Shown here piece after piece: positions 46,256-56,900 of a DNA stretch of 64,000 bases. The notes under the pieces were generated by a model. That model ran no database searches. It was not told the origin of the DNA and saw nothing but the letters and a program-made list of their open reading frames with translations. The stretch spans positions 9,227 through 73,226 of the forward strand of contig CAZDOM010000001.1 of NCBI GenBank assembly GCA_964507015.1, in the 5' to 3' direction. The DNA is from an uncultured Rikenellaceae bacterium (GTDB lineage: Bacteria > Bacteroidota > Bacteroidia > Bacteroidales > VadinHA17). Made by a program: the position numbers and the translations under genes. Every line of letters starts with the position of its first letter. The first letter of the stretch is position 1.

Positions 46256-49200
46256 ATGACAGCAAGTTTGTCACGCTATATCAAGTGGTTAATATTAAGT
46301 CTGTTAATAGTTACAGGATTTAATAATTGCCTGTCTGCTCAAACTAGTATAAGCGGTGTTATAAACCAGTATGCAAGGGTCACCTCAATTGGTGCTGATT
46401 TTGTTGTTATTGATGACGAAACCCAGTTCGATCAGTTTGCTGTTGGCGATACCGTTCTGCTTATGCAAATGAAAGGTGTATTAATCTTTGTTCTGGAAGA
46501 CAATTCTTATGGATCAGGAGATACCTTTTTCGGAGAACCCGGTAAACATGAATTTCTGACAATTCTATTAACAGAAGACGCTACAAATACTATTGTATTC
46601 AGGAACAATATAATAAATACGACATTTGATGTGCAGGGAGATGTCCAGTTAATTAAAGTTCCTTCTTATAATTATGCTAAGGTTGATGCGACTTTAACTT
46701 GTCAACCCTGGGACAGTACCACCAAAACAGGAGGTGTACTGGCAGCCATTATCGGCAGAACAATATCAGTGAATGCGAGTATTGATGTCACTGGAAAAGG
46801 TTTTAAAGGGGGAGAACCTGTATTGGGTAAAGGTATTTGTAGTGAAGTGTCAAGTGATTGGAAAAAATACTCATATCCTGCCAATACTGACAGTGCAGGG
46901 AATAAAGGGGAAGGATTAGCAATAAGAGCAAAAGTCGGAAGTGCACCATATCCGGGAATATACCCGGAGTATGCAAAGGGGAAGGGAGCTAACTACAATG
47001 GTGGTGGCGGGGGAAATGGTAAGTTTTCAGGTGGTGGCGGTGGTGCAAACTATGGACAGGGTGGAACAGGGGGCTTGGAGCTAAATACCTGTACTCCAAA
47101 TCCTAATCCGGGGGGACGCTATGGATATTCATTAGTATCTTCACTTATGGGACGACTCTTTTTAGGTGGCGGTGGCGGATCATCAACATATACTACAGGA
47201 GTATCAGTATCTGGAGGTAATGGTGGTGGTATAGTAATTTTGATAGCTGATACTTTAAGAGGTAATGGTTATAGTATAATTGCTGATGGTGGAACACCCG
47301 GTACTGCAACAGGAGATGCAGGTGCAGGCGGCGGAGGTGGAGGTGGTTCAGTTTCACTCTATATTCAAAGCTATTCTGACAATTTAGCGACTTCGTCATT
47401 GTTTTTATCTGCTAAAGGAGGTAAAGGTGGCAGTAATGCAGGTAACTTCGGTGAAGGTGCAGGAGGAGGCGGTGGATATATTACAACAAATAATATTACT
47501 TTACCGGCAAATGTGTCTAAAACAGTGAGTGGTGGAGAAAGGGGAGACAGACCGGGTGCTGCAACAGCATCACCAGGTTTGCCGGGTCAAAATGTAACAA
47601 CATTTACACCTGTACTTAACGGATTCCTGTTTAACTCTATCGTATCATCAGTTACCGGCAATCAGGTAGATTCAATATGTTCAAATGTCATTCCTCCCAT
47701 AATAGTGGGAACAAATCCCGCAGGTACCGGCCCCTTTACATATGAATGGCAGAAAACATATAATTTTGAAGGAACGCCATCTATTATAGCCGGTGCTGAC
47801 TCAAAGAATTATGAATTTACAGCTACTGAATCCGACACTTTATGGATAAGGAGAATAGTAACTGATAATGGGTCAGTTCCACTGGTGATTACTGATACCA
47901 GCAAGTGGGTAAACATAATTGTCCAGCCGGCTATAACAGATAACCTGGTAGGTAAGGATACAACAATTTGCTATAACCAGGACCCTTTGAGCCTGGAACC
48001 CCTTAATGCGGGTCCGGCAAACGGTAATGGTATCTACCAGTATCAATGGATACAAAGCCTTAATGCTGATATGTCAGGAGCCGGCTCCACGCCTGGCACC
48101 TCTGACCAGGCATCTTATGACCCGCCGGCACTTACAGATACCACGTATTTCAAAAGAGTGGTGACATCGGGACGATGTGTCGACCAGAGTTCTACTGTTA
48201 TTGTTACGGTATTGCCATCTGTTACCGGTAATGGTTTTACGGATCGTCCTGATTCTATAATATGCGAGGGTTCTCTGTTTGATACAATTATACCTGATGC
48301 ACCGGGGGGAGGATCTGGCAGCTATGCTTACCTGTGGCAGGACAGTATCCCTTCAGCAACGTGGATTGATTCACCATATACAAATGATGTTACAACATAT
48401 ACTCCTGATACAATAGAGTTTGCCACTATAGAACAGAGATATTACAGAAGGGTGGTCTTTTCCGGGCCCGATAGTGTGTGCAAAAACAACAGTCCCCCTG
48501 TTCTTATGACAAGGTATCACCGTATTGAGAATAATACCATATCAAAAGACACCACAATATGTTCAGGAACAGTGCCTCCTCCTTTTACCGCGACCACTCC
48601 GGGGGGAGGATCGTTGATATATACATATATGTGGCAGGATAGTTCAAAAACAGCTTCCTGGACTACACAGGGAACCTCAATGTCACCATATTCACCTTCT
48701 GCACTGACAGATAGTACATGGTACAGGAGAATAGTCAATTCATCAGAGTGCTCTGATACGAGTAATATTCTTGTAATAAATGTCCATAAACCTGTTGCAA
48801 ATAACATAGCATCATTGATCTCAGCATCGGGAAGCGATACTACTATCTGCAGCGGAGCCGTTCCAAACAAGATCAAAGGAAGTCTACCGACAGGCGGAAC
48901 TGATTTACCGGGAGATTATGCATATCAATGGCTATTTTCTACGGATAACAGTACCTTTACAGATATTACGGGAGCAAATAATACTGACTACCAGCCTGAA
49001 TCATTGGCTGTTACAACATGGTTTAAACGCAAAGTGATTTCTGGAAAATGCTTTTCTGAAAGCAATACAATCGAAATTATTGTACTTCCTGAAATAACCA
49101 ACAATATTATTTCCGATGATCAGACAATATGTTACGGCACTACCCCCGCACAGCTGACAGGAACAGATCTGACAGGCGGAGCCGGAGGGACACCAACATG

Positions 49201-50509
49201 GTTATGGGAGGAGAGCAGTGATGGCATAACCTGGACGGCTGCTGAAGGGACAAATGATCAAAGGGATTATTCACCACCGGCACTTACCGATCCGATGAAA
49301 TATCGCCGTATTATTTTTTCAGGTTCCTATGATTGTTGTATTGATACTTCAGCGAAGGTGGAGATAGGTATTTATCCATTACCAACAGGAACTATAACAT
49401 CTGTTACAGATACAACAATATGCAACGGGCAACAGCTCCTTTTAAAAGTTAACCTGACTGGTGCATCGCCCTGGACACTGATCTACAAAGAGAATTCAGC
49501 AGAAGTAACAGTTGACAACATTACTTCATCCCACGCTGTTATAAGCAGGGTCCCTGATGCAACCGCAGCCAAATCGATATTTAATTATTCACTGGTATCG
49601 GTGGTGGATGATAATGGCTGTATGGCTGCATCACTGGCTGGAACAAGGAAAGCAGATGTTTACAGAGTGCCGGTAGCTGTCGCGGGTCCTGATGATGCGG
49701 TTTGTGGTCCTGAATATACACTGGCTGCAGTTCCCAGTGATGGAACTGGTAAATGGATATTCCCTGCAAATGTATTATCAATCACTGCGGATGATCCGAA
49801 TTCGGTTGTTAAGATAGATTCATCATTTACTGACGCAAGCGATACACTGACATTATATTGGGAAGAGACTAACTGGCAATGTATTGATAAGGATGACGTT
49901 ACAGTAATCTTTTATAACAGGATCGATAATGCTTATGCCGGTTCTGACATATCCCTGTTCTCATTCGATTATATTATGGAGCTTCAGGCCTGTCCGACAG
50001 AGACCTTCGAAACTCACAGGTGGAGCGTAGTTGAAGGAACAGGAGATTTTGACGATGATACATGCTGCTCAACCATTGTAAGAAACATCTCCAAAGGTTC
50101 AAATAAATTCAAATGGACAGTTACTAATGGTGAGTGTATGGCTGAGGATATAATAAATGTGGCTGTTTATGATCTATTGATTCCTGAAGGATTTTCACCT
50201 AATGATGACCCTGAAGGTTATAATAACGAGTTTATTATCAGCGGATTGGATCTTCGTAAAGAGCTGGATGGGCAGGATTCAGTACCTGCCTATCAAATAG
50301 CTGAACTGACTATAGTAAATGGAGCAGGCATAAAGGTTTTCACAACATCCAACAAAAACGGGAACGAATGGAAAAACTGGGATGGACGCAATTCGCATGG
50401 AATAGAGATGCCGGAGGGAACCTATTATTACCTGCTTAAGATAACATCAGTAAAGGTTCCTGACCAGGTATTTAAGAAGAGTGGTTTTATAATTTTAAAA
50501 AGATATTGA
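46256..50509 (+). CDS. T9SS type-B cargo: secreted glycine-run domain, six Cys-bracketed Ig-like repeats and a gliding-motility/CHU_C-type C-terminal domain
   Basis: Signal peptide IKWLILSLLIVTGFNNCLSAQ. Gly runs up to GGGGGGG at about 46790-47592. Repeats at about 47660-49385. C-terminal IPEGFSPNDDPEGYNNEFIISGLD...WDGRNSHGIEMPEGTYYYLLKI...GFIILKRY (about 50175-50506) is the type-B sorting domain. The track start TTG 46247 is possible; the first ATG is 46256. Confidence 0.85.
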   Translation: MTASLSRYIKWLILSLLIVTGFNNCLSAQTSISGVINQYARVTSIGADFVVIDDETQFDQFAVGDTVLLMQMKGVLIFVLEDNSYGSGDTFFGEPGKHEFLTILLTEDATNTIVFRNNIINTTFDVQGDVQLIKVPSYNYAKVDATLTCQPWDSTTKTGGVLAAIIGRTISVNASIDVTGKGFKGGEPVLGKGICSEVSSDWKKYSYPANTDSAGNKGEGLAIRAKVGSAPYPGIYPEYAKGKGANYNGGGGGNGKFSGGGGGANYGQGGTGGLELNTCTPNPNPGGRYGYSLVSSLMGRLFLGGGGGSSTYTTGVSVSGGNGGGIVILIADTLRGNGYSIIADGGTPGTATGDAGAGGGGGGGSVSLYIQSYSDNLATSSLFLSAKGGKGGSNAGNFGEGAGGGGGYITTNNITLPANVSKTVSGGERGDRPGAATASPGLPGQNVTTFTPVLNGFLFNSIVSSVTGNQVDSICSNVIPPIIVGTNPAGTGPFTYEWQKTYNFEGTPSIIAGADSKNYEFTATESDTLWIRRIVTDNGSVPLVITDTSKWVNIIVQPAITDNLVGKDTTICYNQDPLSLEPLNAGPANGNGIYQYQWIQSLNADMSGAGSTPGTSDQASYDPPALTDTTYFKRVVTSGRCVDQSSTVIVTVLPSVTGNGFTDRPDSIICEGSLFDTIIPDAPGGGSGSYAYLWQDSIPSATWIDSPYTNDVTTYTPDTIEFATIEQRYYRRVVFSGPDSVCKNNSPPVLMTRYHRIENNTISKDTTICSGTVPPPFTATTPGGGSLIYTYMWQDSSKTASWTTQGTSMSPYSPSALTDSTWYRRIVNSSECSDTSNILVINVHKPVANNIASLISASGSDTTICSGAVPNKIKGSLPTGGTDLPGDYAYQWLFSTDNSTFTDITGANNTDYQPESLAVTTWFKRKVISGKCFSESNTIEIIVLPEITNNIISDDQTICYGTTPAQLTGTDLTGGAGGTPTWLWEESSDGITWTAAEGTNDQRDYSPPALTDPMKYRRIIFSGSYDCCIDTSAKVEIGIYPLPTGTITSVTDTTICNGQQLLLKVNLTGASPWTLIYKENSAEVTVDNITSSHAVISRVPDATAAKSIFNYSLVSVVDDNGCMAASLAGTRKADVYRVPVAVAGPDDAVCGPEYTLAAVPSDGTGKWIFPANVLSITADDPNSVVKIDSSFTDASDTLTLYWEETNWQCIDKDDVTVIFYNRIDNAYAGSDISLFSFDYIMELQACPTETFETHRWSVVEGTGDFDDDTCCSTIVRNISKGSNKFKWTVTNGECMAEDIINVAVYDLLIPEGFSPNDDPEGYNNEFIISGLDLRKELDGQDSVPAYQIAELTIVNGAGIKVFTTSNKNGNEWKNWDGRNSHGIEMPEGTYYYLLKITSVKVPDQVFKKSGFIILKRY
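47660..49385 (+). repeat. six tandem protein-level repeats of about 95 aa inside the cargo gene
   Basis: Each unit reads D-[TSQ]-[TI]-I-C-x-G...P-x-G-G...Y-x-Y-x-W-[QL]...Y-x-P...L-T-x-[TS]-[TW]-[YF]-[RK]-R-x-V...C...[IV]-x-[IV]. The DNA copies have diverged, so this is not a nucleotide tandem repeat. Confidence 0.8.
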
Positions 50510-50556
50510 GATAAACTGTAATAACAGATTAAACTGATTATTGTACCAGAATATTG

Positions 50557-51519
50557 ATGAGCAGACTTAAATATATTTTTATTTTCCTTTGGATCATTAT
50601 TTCTTCTCTTTTAAAAGGGCAGTCTGTACCTGATTCGGACAGGATAAGTCTTGCCTATCCGGTCTACAGTCAATACCTTCAAAATGGTCTTATGATAAAT
50701 CCTGCTTATGCGGGTTCGCGTGAAGCATTGAGTATGCTTTTATCATACAGAATGCAATGGATGGGAACACCGGGAGCTCCGGTACTCCAGTCTGTCTCAC
50801 TACATTCCCCTATGAAGAACGACAGGGTTGCCCTTGGCCTGAAGGCACATTTTATGCAGTATGGTGTTACGAGGTCAACAAATATATATGCTGTATATGC
50901 CTACCATGTCCGTGTCGGTAATGGAAAACTGTCATTCGGATTAAAAGCAGGGGTGGATATGTCAAATACTGATTATACAGGTTTGCTTCTGACAAATACG
51001 GGTGATCCGGTATTTACCTCAGATGAAAAACCATACATTCTTCCCAATGCAGGTGCAGGTGTCTATTACTACAGTAAAAGACTTTTTGCAGGTTTATCAG
51101 TACCTGCTTTCCTAAGTTACAGGAGGACTGACCAGGGATCAACACAGGCGTATCATTCATTCAGTGAGTATGATTTTATATTCTCAGCCGGGGGACTTAT
51201 AACATTCTCACCCACCTTCAAATTTAAACCTTCAGTCCTGGTTGATTACTCGTTGCAGGAAACAAAGAAACTCAATCAGCTTGATATCAACGGTAACCTG
51301 ATCATCGCGGATCTGGTTTGGATTGGAGGTTCGTACAGAACATCTGAAGAGGTGATAGTGGCTATATTACAGGTTCAACCAACGCCGCAACTGATGATCG
51401 GTTTATCATACGATTACCCTGCCGGCAGGATGAATAACTATTCAAAGGGATCAAGTGAGTTTATTCTGAGATATGAATTCGGATATAGAGTTAGTGCAGC
51501 AAATCCAAGATATTTTTAA
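50557..51519 (+). CDS. PorP/SprF-family type IX secretion system membrane protein
   Basis: About 320 aa with a signal peptide. YSQYLQNGLMINPAYAGS, the hallmark opening of the family. Beta-barrel-like remainder ending RYEFGYRV...PRYF. The track start is TTG 50554; the ATG is at 50557. Confidence 0.88.
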   Translation: MSRLKYIFIFLWIIISSLLKGQSVPDSDRISLAYPVYSQYLQNGLMINPAYAGSREALSMLLSYRMQWMGTPGAPVLQSVSLHSPMKNDRVALGLKAHFMQYGVTRSTNIYAVYAYHVRVGNGKLSFGLKAGVDMSNTDYTGLLLTNTGDPVFTSDEKPYILPNAGAGVYYYSKRLFAGLSVPAFLSYRRTDQGSTQAYHSFSEYDFIFSAGGLITFSPTFKFKPSVLVDYSLQETKKLNQLDINGNLIIADLVWIGGSYRTSEEVIVAILQVQPTPQLMIGLSYDYPAGRMNNYSKGSSEFILRYEFGYRVSAANPRYF

Positions 51520-51523
51520 TCTT

Positions 51524-52954
51524 ATGTTTAGGAAGTACCTGTATATAATTGTTTTGATTCTTGTTTTGTCTTCGTTTACACTGGAGGCACAACAACCTTC
51601 AGTATATAAGATTTCAAGATTGCCGTTTAATACAGGTTATTTCAGTGAAATATCGCCGGTTATTGTGCATGATGGCATTATTTTTTGCTCCGACAGACGT
51701 TTCAGTGCATTTAAAGACAGGAAAACATTTGAAGGCAGACGGCTTTATAACCAGTATATCGTTGAACAGAGGGACAGCTCCGGATGGGATAAGCCAAAAG
51801 AAATAAAAAACGAAAGAAGCAATTATTTCAACTGCGGGCCTCTCTGTTTTTCAGCCGATGGCAAAACAGTATATTTCACCAGTGAGGTTGAAACAGGTAA
51901 ATTATCACGGAATAAGAAATTCAAAAACCATCTGGGAATATTTATCGGAGAATTATTCGGTTCAGATATTACTTCCATAAAACCTTTCCCTTACAACAGC
52001 ACGCAATATGAAACAGGTCATCCTTCATTAAGCCATGATGGTAAATATCTGTTCTTTTCTTCAGATATGCCCGGAGGCCAGGGAGGCTCTGATATTTATT
52101 ACTGTGAATGGTCTGATGGCCAGTGGGGAAGTCCAGTAAATCTTGGACCAAAAGTCAATTCGTCTGCTTCTGAGAATTTTCCATTTATTCATCCTTCAGG
52201 GAGGTTGTATTTTTCCTCTAACAGACCTGGAGGAAAGGGCGGGCTTGATGTATATTATACCATGCAGACGAATGGGAACTGGGATTCTCCCGTTATTGTT
52301 CCGGAACCAATAAATTCAACATCAGATGATTTTGCTTTTGTAGCTGATGAGGCGATGCAAACCGGATATTTTGCTTCAAACAGAACCAGGAGTGATGATA
52401 TCTTCAAATTCTCATCAACAATCATCAGGAAATCATCATGCGACACACTGATAGAAAATAATTATTGCTACGAATTCCTAGAAGAGAATGCAGTAAAATG
52501 GGATAGCATTCCTTTTCGTTATGAATGGAAATTCGGAGATGGCACCAACGGTGTGGGTTCAATAGTGGAACACTGTTATCCTGGTACCGGAAGATACCTG
52601 ATACAGCTAGATGTAGTAAACCTGGTCACAAAGGAGGTTATGTATAATGAAAAAACCTATAGTCTTGAAATTACAAATATTGAACAACCTTATATTTCCT
52701 CTCCAGATCAGGGTGCCACAGGGGAAAGGATGAGGTTCAGCGCTGAAGATACCAACCTTCCGGGGTGGAACATCGACAGGTATTACTGGAATTTTGATGA
52801 TGAGACAATTGGGATTGGCAAGGAAGTTGATAAAGCATATATCAGACCGGGTACTTACAATGTCCAGCTGATAGTATCAACTGAACCTGACCCGGCAGGA
52901 GTAGTAAGGGAAGCATGTGTTTGTAAAAATATTATAATAGCAGGTCAGCCCTGA
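51524..52954 (+). CDS. secreted PD40 (TolB-like beta-propeller) repeat protein with two C-terminal PKD domains
   Basis: Signal MFRKYLYIIVLILVLSSFTLEAQ. PD40-like units: SADGKTVYFTS, SHDGKYLFFSSDMPGGQGGSDIYY, SGRLYFSSNRPGGKGGLDVYY. PKD signatures YEWKFGDGTNG...GRYLIQLDVVN and YYWNFDDETIG...GTYNVQLIVS. ATG 51524 lies 4 nt after the porP stop. The track start at 51473 overlaps porP. Confidence 0.8.
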   Translation: MFRKYLYIIVLILVLSSFTLEAQQPSVYKISRLPFNTGYFSEISPVIVHDGIIFCSDRRFSAFKDRKTFEGRRLYNQYIVEQRDSSGWDKPKEIKNERSNYFNCGPLCFSADGKTVYFTSEVETGKLSRNKKFKNHLGIFIGELFGSDITSIKPFPYNSTQYETGHPSLSHDGKYLFFSSDMPGGQGGSDIYYCEWSDGQWGSPVNLGPKVNSSASENFPFIHPSGRLYFSSNRPGGKGGLDVYYTMQTNGNWDSPVIVPEPINSTSDDFAFVADEAMQTGYFASNRTRSDDIFKFSSTIIRKSSCDTLIENNYCYEFLEENAVKWDSIPFRYEWKFGDGTNGVGSIVEHCYPGTGRYLIQLDVVNLVTKEVMYNEKTYSLEITNIEQPYISSPDQGATGERMRFSAEDTNLPGWNIDRYYWNFDDETIGIGKEVDKAYIRPGTYNVQLIVSTEPDPAGVVREACVCKNIIIAGQP

Positions 52955-52966
52955 GAATGAAAATGC

Positions 52967-52974
52967 TAATTTTG
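52967..52974 (+). promoter_or_regulatory. -7 promoter box TAATTTTG for the 333-aa gene / PP2C sensor unit
   Basis: Exact TAnnTTTG match in the 27-nt spacer, 7 nt before ATG 52982. Confidence 0.4.
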
Positions 52975-52981
52975 CGGTTTA

Positions 52982-53983
52982 ATGAAATTGAAAAAAACAT
53001 ATTATAAAATATTACTGATTTTCAGCCTGGCAGGCATGATCCCTTTAATGGAGATTCATGGACAGGAGGCACCTGGCAGAGATGAAAATATTCCATTCCT
53101 TGTGACTTTCGGACATGAGGGAGAGACTTCGTGGGGAGATGATGATTTCTACCAGGTGTGGTTTTTTGCCATACCCAGAGATTATACACAACAATTTTAT
53201 ATCAGGATCTTTGACCCGGATACCGGTGGGGAAAATGACGAAATACAGGGAGAATTCAATACCAGATGCCTCTATTCTGTTTATGGAGGACAGGGAGTCG
53301 ATCCGGAAAAAAATGATGATTCAAAGGGACTCCTTAACGGGCTCAATTATAAGGGAGGTAACTTGCTGGCATCAAGGGTTTTCGGAGGGGAGCCAAGGTA
53401 TGATAACAAATATTTTACTTTCGGGCCATTCAATCCCACGGCCGGTGACTTCAATAACAAATGGAACTCATACATGTTTAAAATTGTCTGCGAAGGAGTA
53501 AGCGGGGATGATGGCAACCTTTACCGTTATTTTCTAAGCCGTGATGCGGAAAATAATATCCCGATTGAGGGAGCCAATGCATTTACTTATGAATATACTT
53601 TCAGGATGTGGAATGATTTTAAAAGTGTTGCACACATTTATCCATATGTCGATACAGGTGTTATATATATAAGGCTTAGGAATTTTGACTGGGACAGCGA
53701 TGGACATATTCTTGTGGTATCAAGATATAAACAGGGGATTGATGCACCAATTTCAGGTGAAGACTTTTGGGCTGAATCAAGGATACCGATTGAGCCTGAA
53801 GAGGTGGGATCTTCACTCGATTTTCAGTTTCATAAGAGACAGGGTGAACTGGTTAAAAACAATAATGTTGTCGTTACTGTGGAAAACCAGAGGGGCGATG
53901 CACTTAAATTCTTCAGTTCTCCCATTGGAGGGGTGCCTGTTTATCAGTCAAGTATTGTAATCAGGAAAGCTAAGCCTAAATAA
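52982..53983 (+). CDS. hypothetical secreted protein, family not recognised
   Basis: 333 aa. Signal peptide MKLKKTYYKILLIFSLAGMIPLMEIHGQ. Aromatic-rich and probably all-beta. No motif I can name. Confidence 0.55.
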   Translation: MKLKKTYYKILLIFSLAGMIPLMEIHGQEAPGRDENIPFLVTFGHEGETSWGDDDFYQVWFFAIPRDYTQQFYIRIFDPDTGGENDEIQGEFNTRCLYSVYGGQGVDPEKNDDSKGLLNGLNYKGGNLLASRVFGGEPRYDNKYFTFGPFNPTAGDFNNKWNSYMFKIVCEGVSGDDGNLYRYFLSRDAENNIPIEGANAFTYEYTFRMWNDFKSVAHIYPYVDTGVIYIRLRNFDWDSDGHILVVSRYKQGIDAPISGEDFWAESRIPIEPEEVGSSLDFQFHKRQGELVKNNNVVVTVENQRGDALKFFSSPIGGVPVYQSSIVIRKAKPK

Positions 53984-53995
53984 GCTGATACTTAT

Positions 53996-56900
53996 ATGAG
54001 GTTCATAAAATACAGAAGATTCATAATCATTACCGGTTGTTTTATCCTTTTTTCACACCTGGTTCAGGGACAAACCTATAGTTTCAAGAACTATGGAAAT
54101 GAAAGTAATATTCCAAACACCTTTATTTATACCATTGAACAGGATAATAATGGTTATCTGTGGGTTGGGACTGGAGGAGGAGTGGCAAAATTCGATGGAT
54201 TCGATTTCTACCCTGTAATATTCCCTGATTCTGCTACTGGACGTTATCCTACAGCCAGCCTGAAAGACAATAACGGTACTCTATGGTTTGGATGTAATGA
54301 CGGAACAGTTTTTTATACCGTGGACAATCTTCTGAAAGAGATAGACCTTTCTAACACAAGGGAGATAAGTGAACTCCTTGAAGGCCCCGACGGTTACATT
54401 TATGTAATACCCCAGGGAGAGTCAATAAGCCGTGTTAATCCGTCAAACACGAATGAAATAACAAATTATTATATTGACAGGAATATAGTTCTTTTTTCAG
54501 CCTGTTTTACGAAATCAGGTAATCTTTTACTTGGAACACAGGAAAATCTGCAACTGTACGCAATAGACAATGAATCGCTGACGCTGATTAGTAAAATTAC
54601 AGGGTTTGATTACTACAGCATTCTTGAGATATTTAAAATTAAGAACAGCGACACATATCTTATTGGGACAAACGGAAATGGACTGTTCAGGCTGGAGCTG
54701 CAGGGTACCAGGAATAACCTTACACGCTTAACCGAAAGTCGGGATCTGGATTATCTTAGTATCCAATCTGTTATTGAAGATTCAGATGGTTATCTGTGGG
54801 TGGCAACCAATGAATCGGGTATTGTACGAATGCTTCTTTCAGAGGATGGTAAGAAAATTGAGTCGGCAGTATTTTTCGATAAGACTTCAGGACTTCCGGG
54901 GACAAACGTCAGAAGAGTGTTTCAGGATATTGAAGGCAACTTCTGGTTCGGTTTGTTTGGTGACGGACTCTCATTACTTAATTCATATGCATTCAGTTTT
55001 TATTCGCCGGGCCTTACACCTGAGAGAAACAATATAATTTATGTAAATAAACTGGGTAAGGATTATTTCCTTGGAACTGCAGCAGGATACTATTTATTTG
55101 ACCTTGAAAATAACAGCATCAAATCATTCACCAACATGATGCAAAAAACAGGTAGAAACGAAATTTTATCATATTGTGTTGATAAAAGGGGTAATATCTG
55201 GATGGGAACAAAAGGAGAGGGCCTTTTCCTGAGAAATACCGGTGGCATAACAAGGCAATTTTATAAATCAGGCGATTCATCAGAGGATTATATAAAAGAT
55301 ATACTTGTTGATGACAATTATGTCTGGCTAGGAACTCTCAATGGAGTTATCCTTCTGAATAAAAGTACAGGGAAAGCAAGAAACAGATATAATATTAATA
55401 ACGGTTTACCTCATAACAGTATTAATTACCTCCTGCCTGTACGGGATGGGAAAACAGCTGTTGCAACCAAATCAGACAGGTTATATCTTATTGATCCTGA
55501 AACAGGAATAAGTTCAATGGGTGTAATTCTCTTTGGGACAACAATGAATGAAATATCTTCTTTCTGCCAGACCACGGACGGTAATATCTGGATGGCAACA
55601 AAAGGGAATGGCATTTTTGAATTTATCGGGGATTCCGTGAAATCATTTTCACGGTCTAATATGCTGATGTCAGATTATTGTTACAGCATTTTGGCTGATT
55701 CAGAGGACAGGATATGGGTAGGACATGAAAGGGGCTTTTCAAGATATAACAGGAACACAGGTATAATGAGAACCTATGGAACTGAATTTGCGCGAGATGG
55801 TGTTTGTAATACTGACGGCATATTTGAATCTCCCGATGGGAAGGTTCTCATAGGAACTACCCAGGGATTGATTATATATGACAGATCAAGAGACAGGAAA
55901 CAAAATACAGTACCTCTAAACAACATTAATTATATTACAATAAATGAAGTAAAATACCCGGTTCAGCGATCATTTACTCTACCATACAGCAAGCGATATA
56001 TTGTTCGTGTCAATTATGTGGGGATCAATTTCAATGATCCGGACAAAGTATATTACCAAACACTTCTTGTTAATTATGATAATGACTGGTCGAAGCTGAC
56101 CACAGAACATGAAGTCCAGTATTCACTTAGTGATGGCAGGTACCAGTTTAACCTGATATCAATGAATGAGAGCGGTTTGACCCAGGATAACCCGGTCACA
56201 TTTGATATTAACATCAAAAAACCCTTCTGGAGGTCATGGTGGTTCATTCTGTCATCAATTTCTTTGTTGACAGGAATAATAATCATTATAATAAAGGAAA
56301 GGGAAAAAGCCCAGAAAAAAGTTCAGGTATATCTGGAGAAGGAACTTGATGCAAGAACCAGCGTGGTTGTTAAACAAAAAGCAGAGATCGAACTGCAGAA
56401 TCTGGAAATCACTGACAGTATCAATTATGCGAAAAGGATCCAGACAAGTATCCTGCCTGATTTCAACAGGCTGAGAGAATCATTCAATGATGCATTTATA
56501 TTCTTCCGTCCGCGTGATATTGTAAGTGGTGATTTTTATTGGTTCGACAAGCTTGATGAAGAGAGGATTCTCCTTGTATGTGCCGATTCAACAGGCCATG
56601 GTGTGCCCGGGGCCTTCATGTCAATGATCGGATCCACCCTTCTCCAGGATATTGTCTCCCGGCAGCATATCTCGAAGCCATCAGAAGTACTTACCATGCT
56701 TGATACACAGATCTTTTCCACGCTTAACAGGAACCTTGAACTGGGTGTTTCAAATGATGGGATGGACCTTGTAGTATGTGAAGTAAACCCGGGTAAAAGA
56801 CATATCAGGTTTGCTTCTGCAATGCGTCCTGTTATAATTGTTATGGGTGGTGAATCATATTATATCAAGGGCAATCGTTGTTCTGTGGGCGGTGAATCAG

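Noticed and set aside
46990-47480. G-rich, repetitive-looking DNA considered as a CRISPR array, a nucleotide tandem repeat, or a G4 cluster
   Set aside because: It has no constant repeat/spacer period. The pattern is explained by GGN glycine codons within an open 1417-codon frame. The G runs are mostly GG rather than GGG, interrupted by T and C.
51473-51523. 17-codon extension of the PD40/PKD gene overlapping porP
   Set aside because: The signal peptide begins at ATG 51524, and the extension has no signal-like character.
53115-53960. Alternative-frame plus-strand ORFs (53115-53501 and 53685-53960) inside the 333-aa gene
   Set aside because: They are same-strand overlapping frames without a signal peptide or promoter. 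The 52982-53983 frame has a promoter box, a signal peptide and tight coupling to the next gene.
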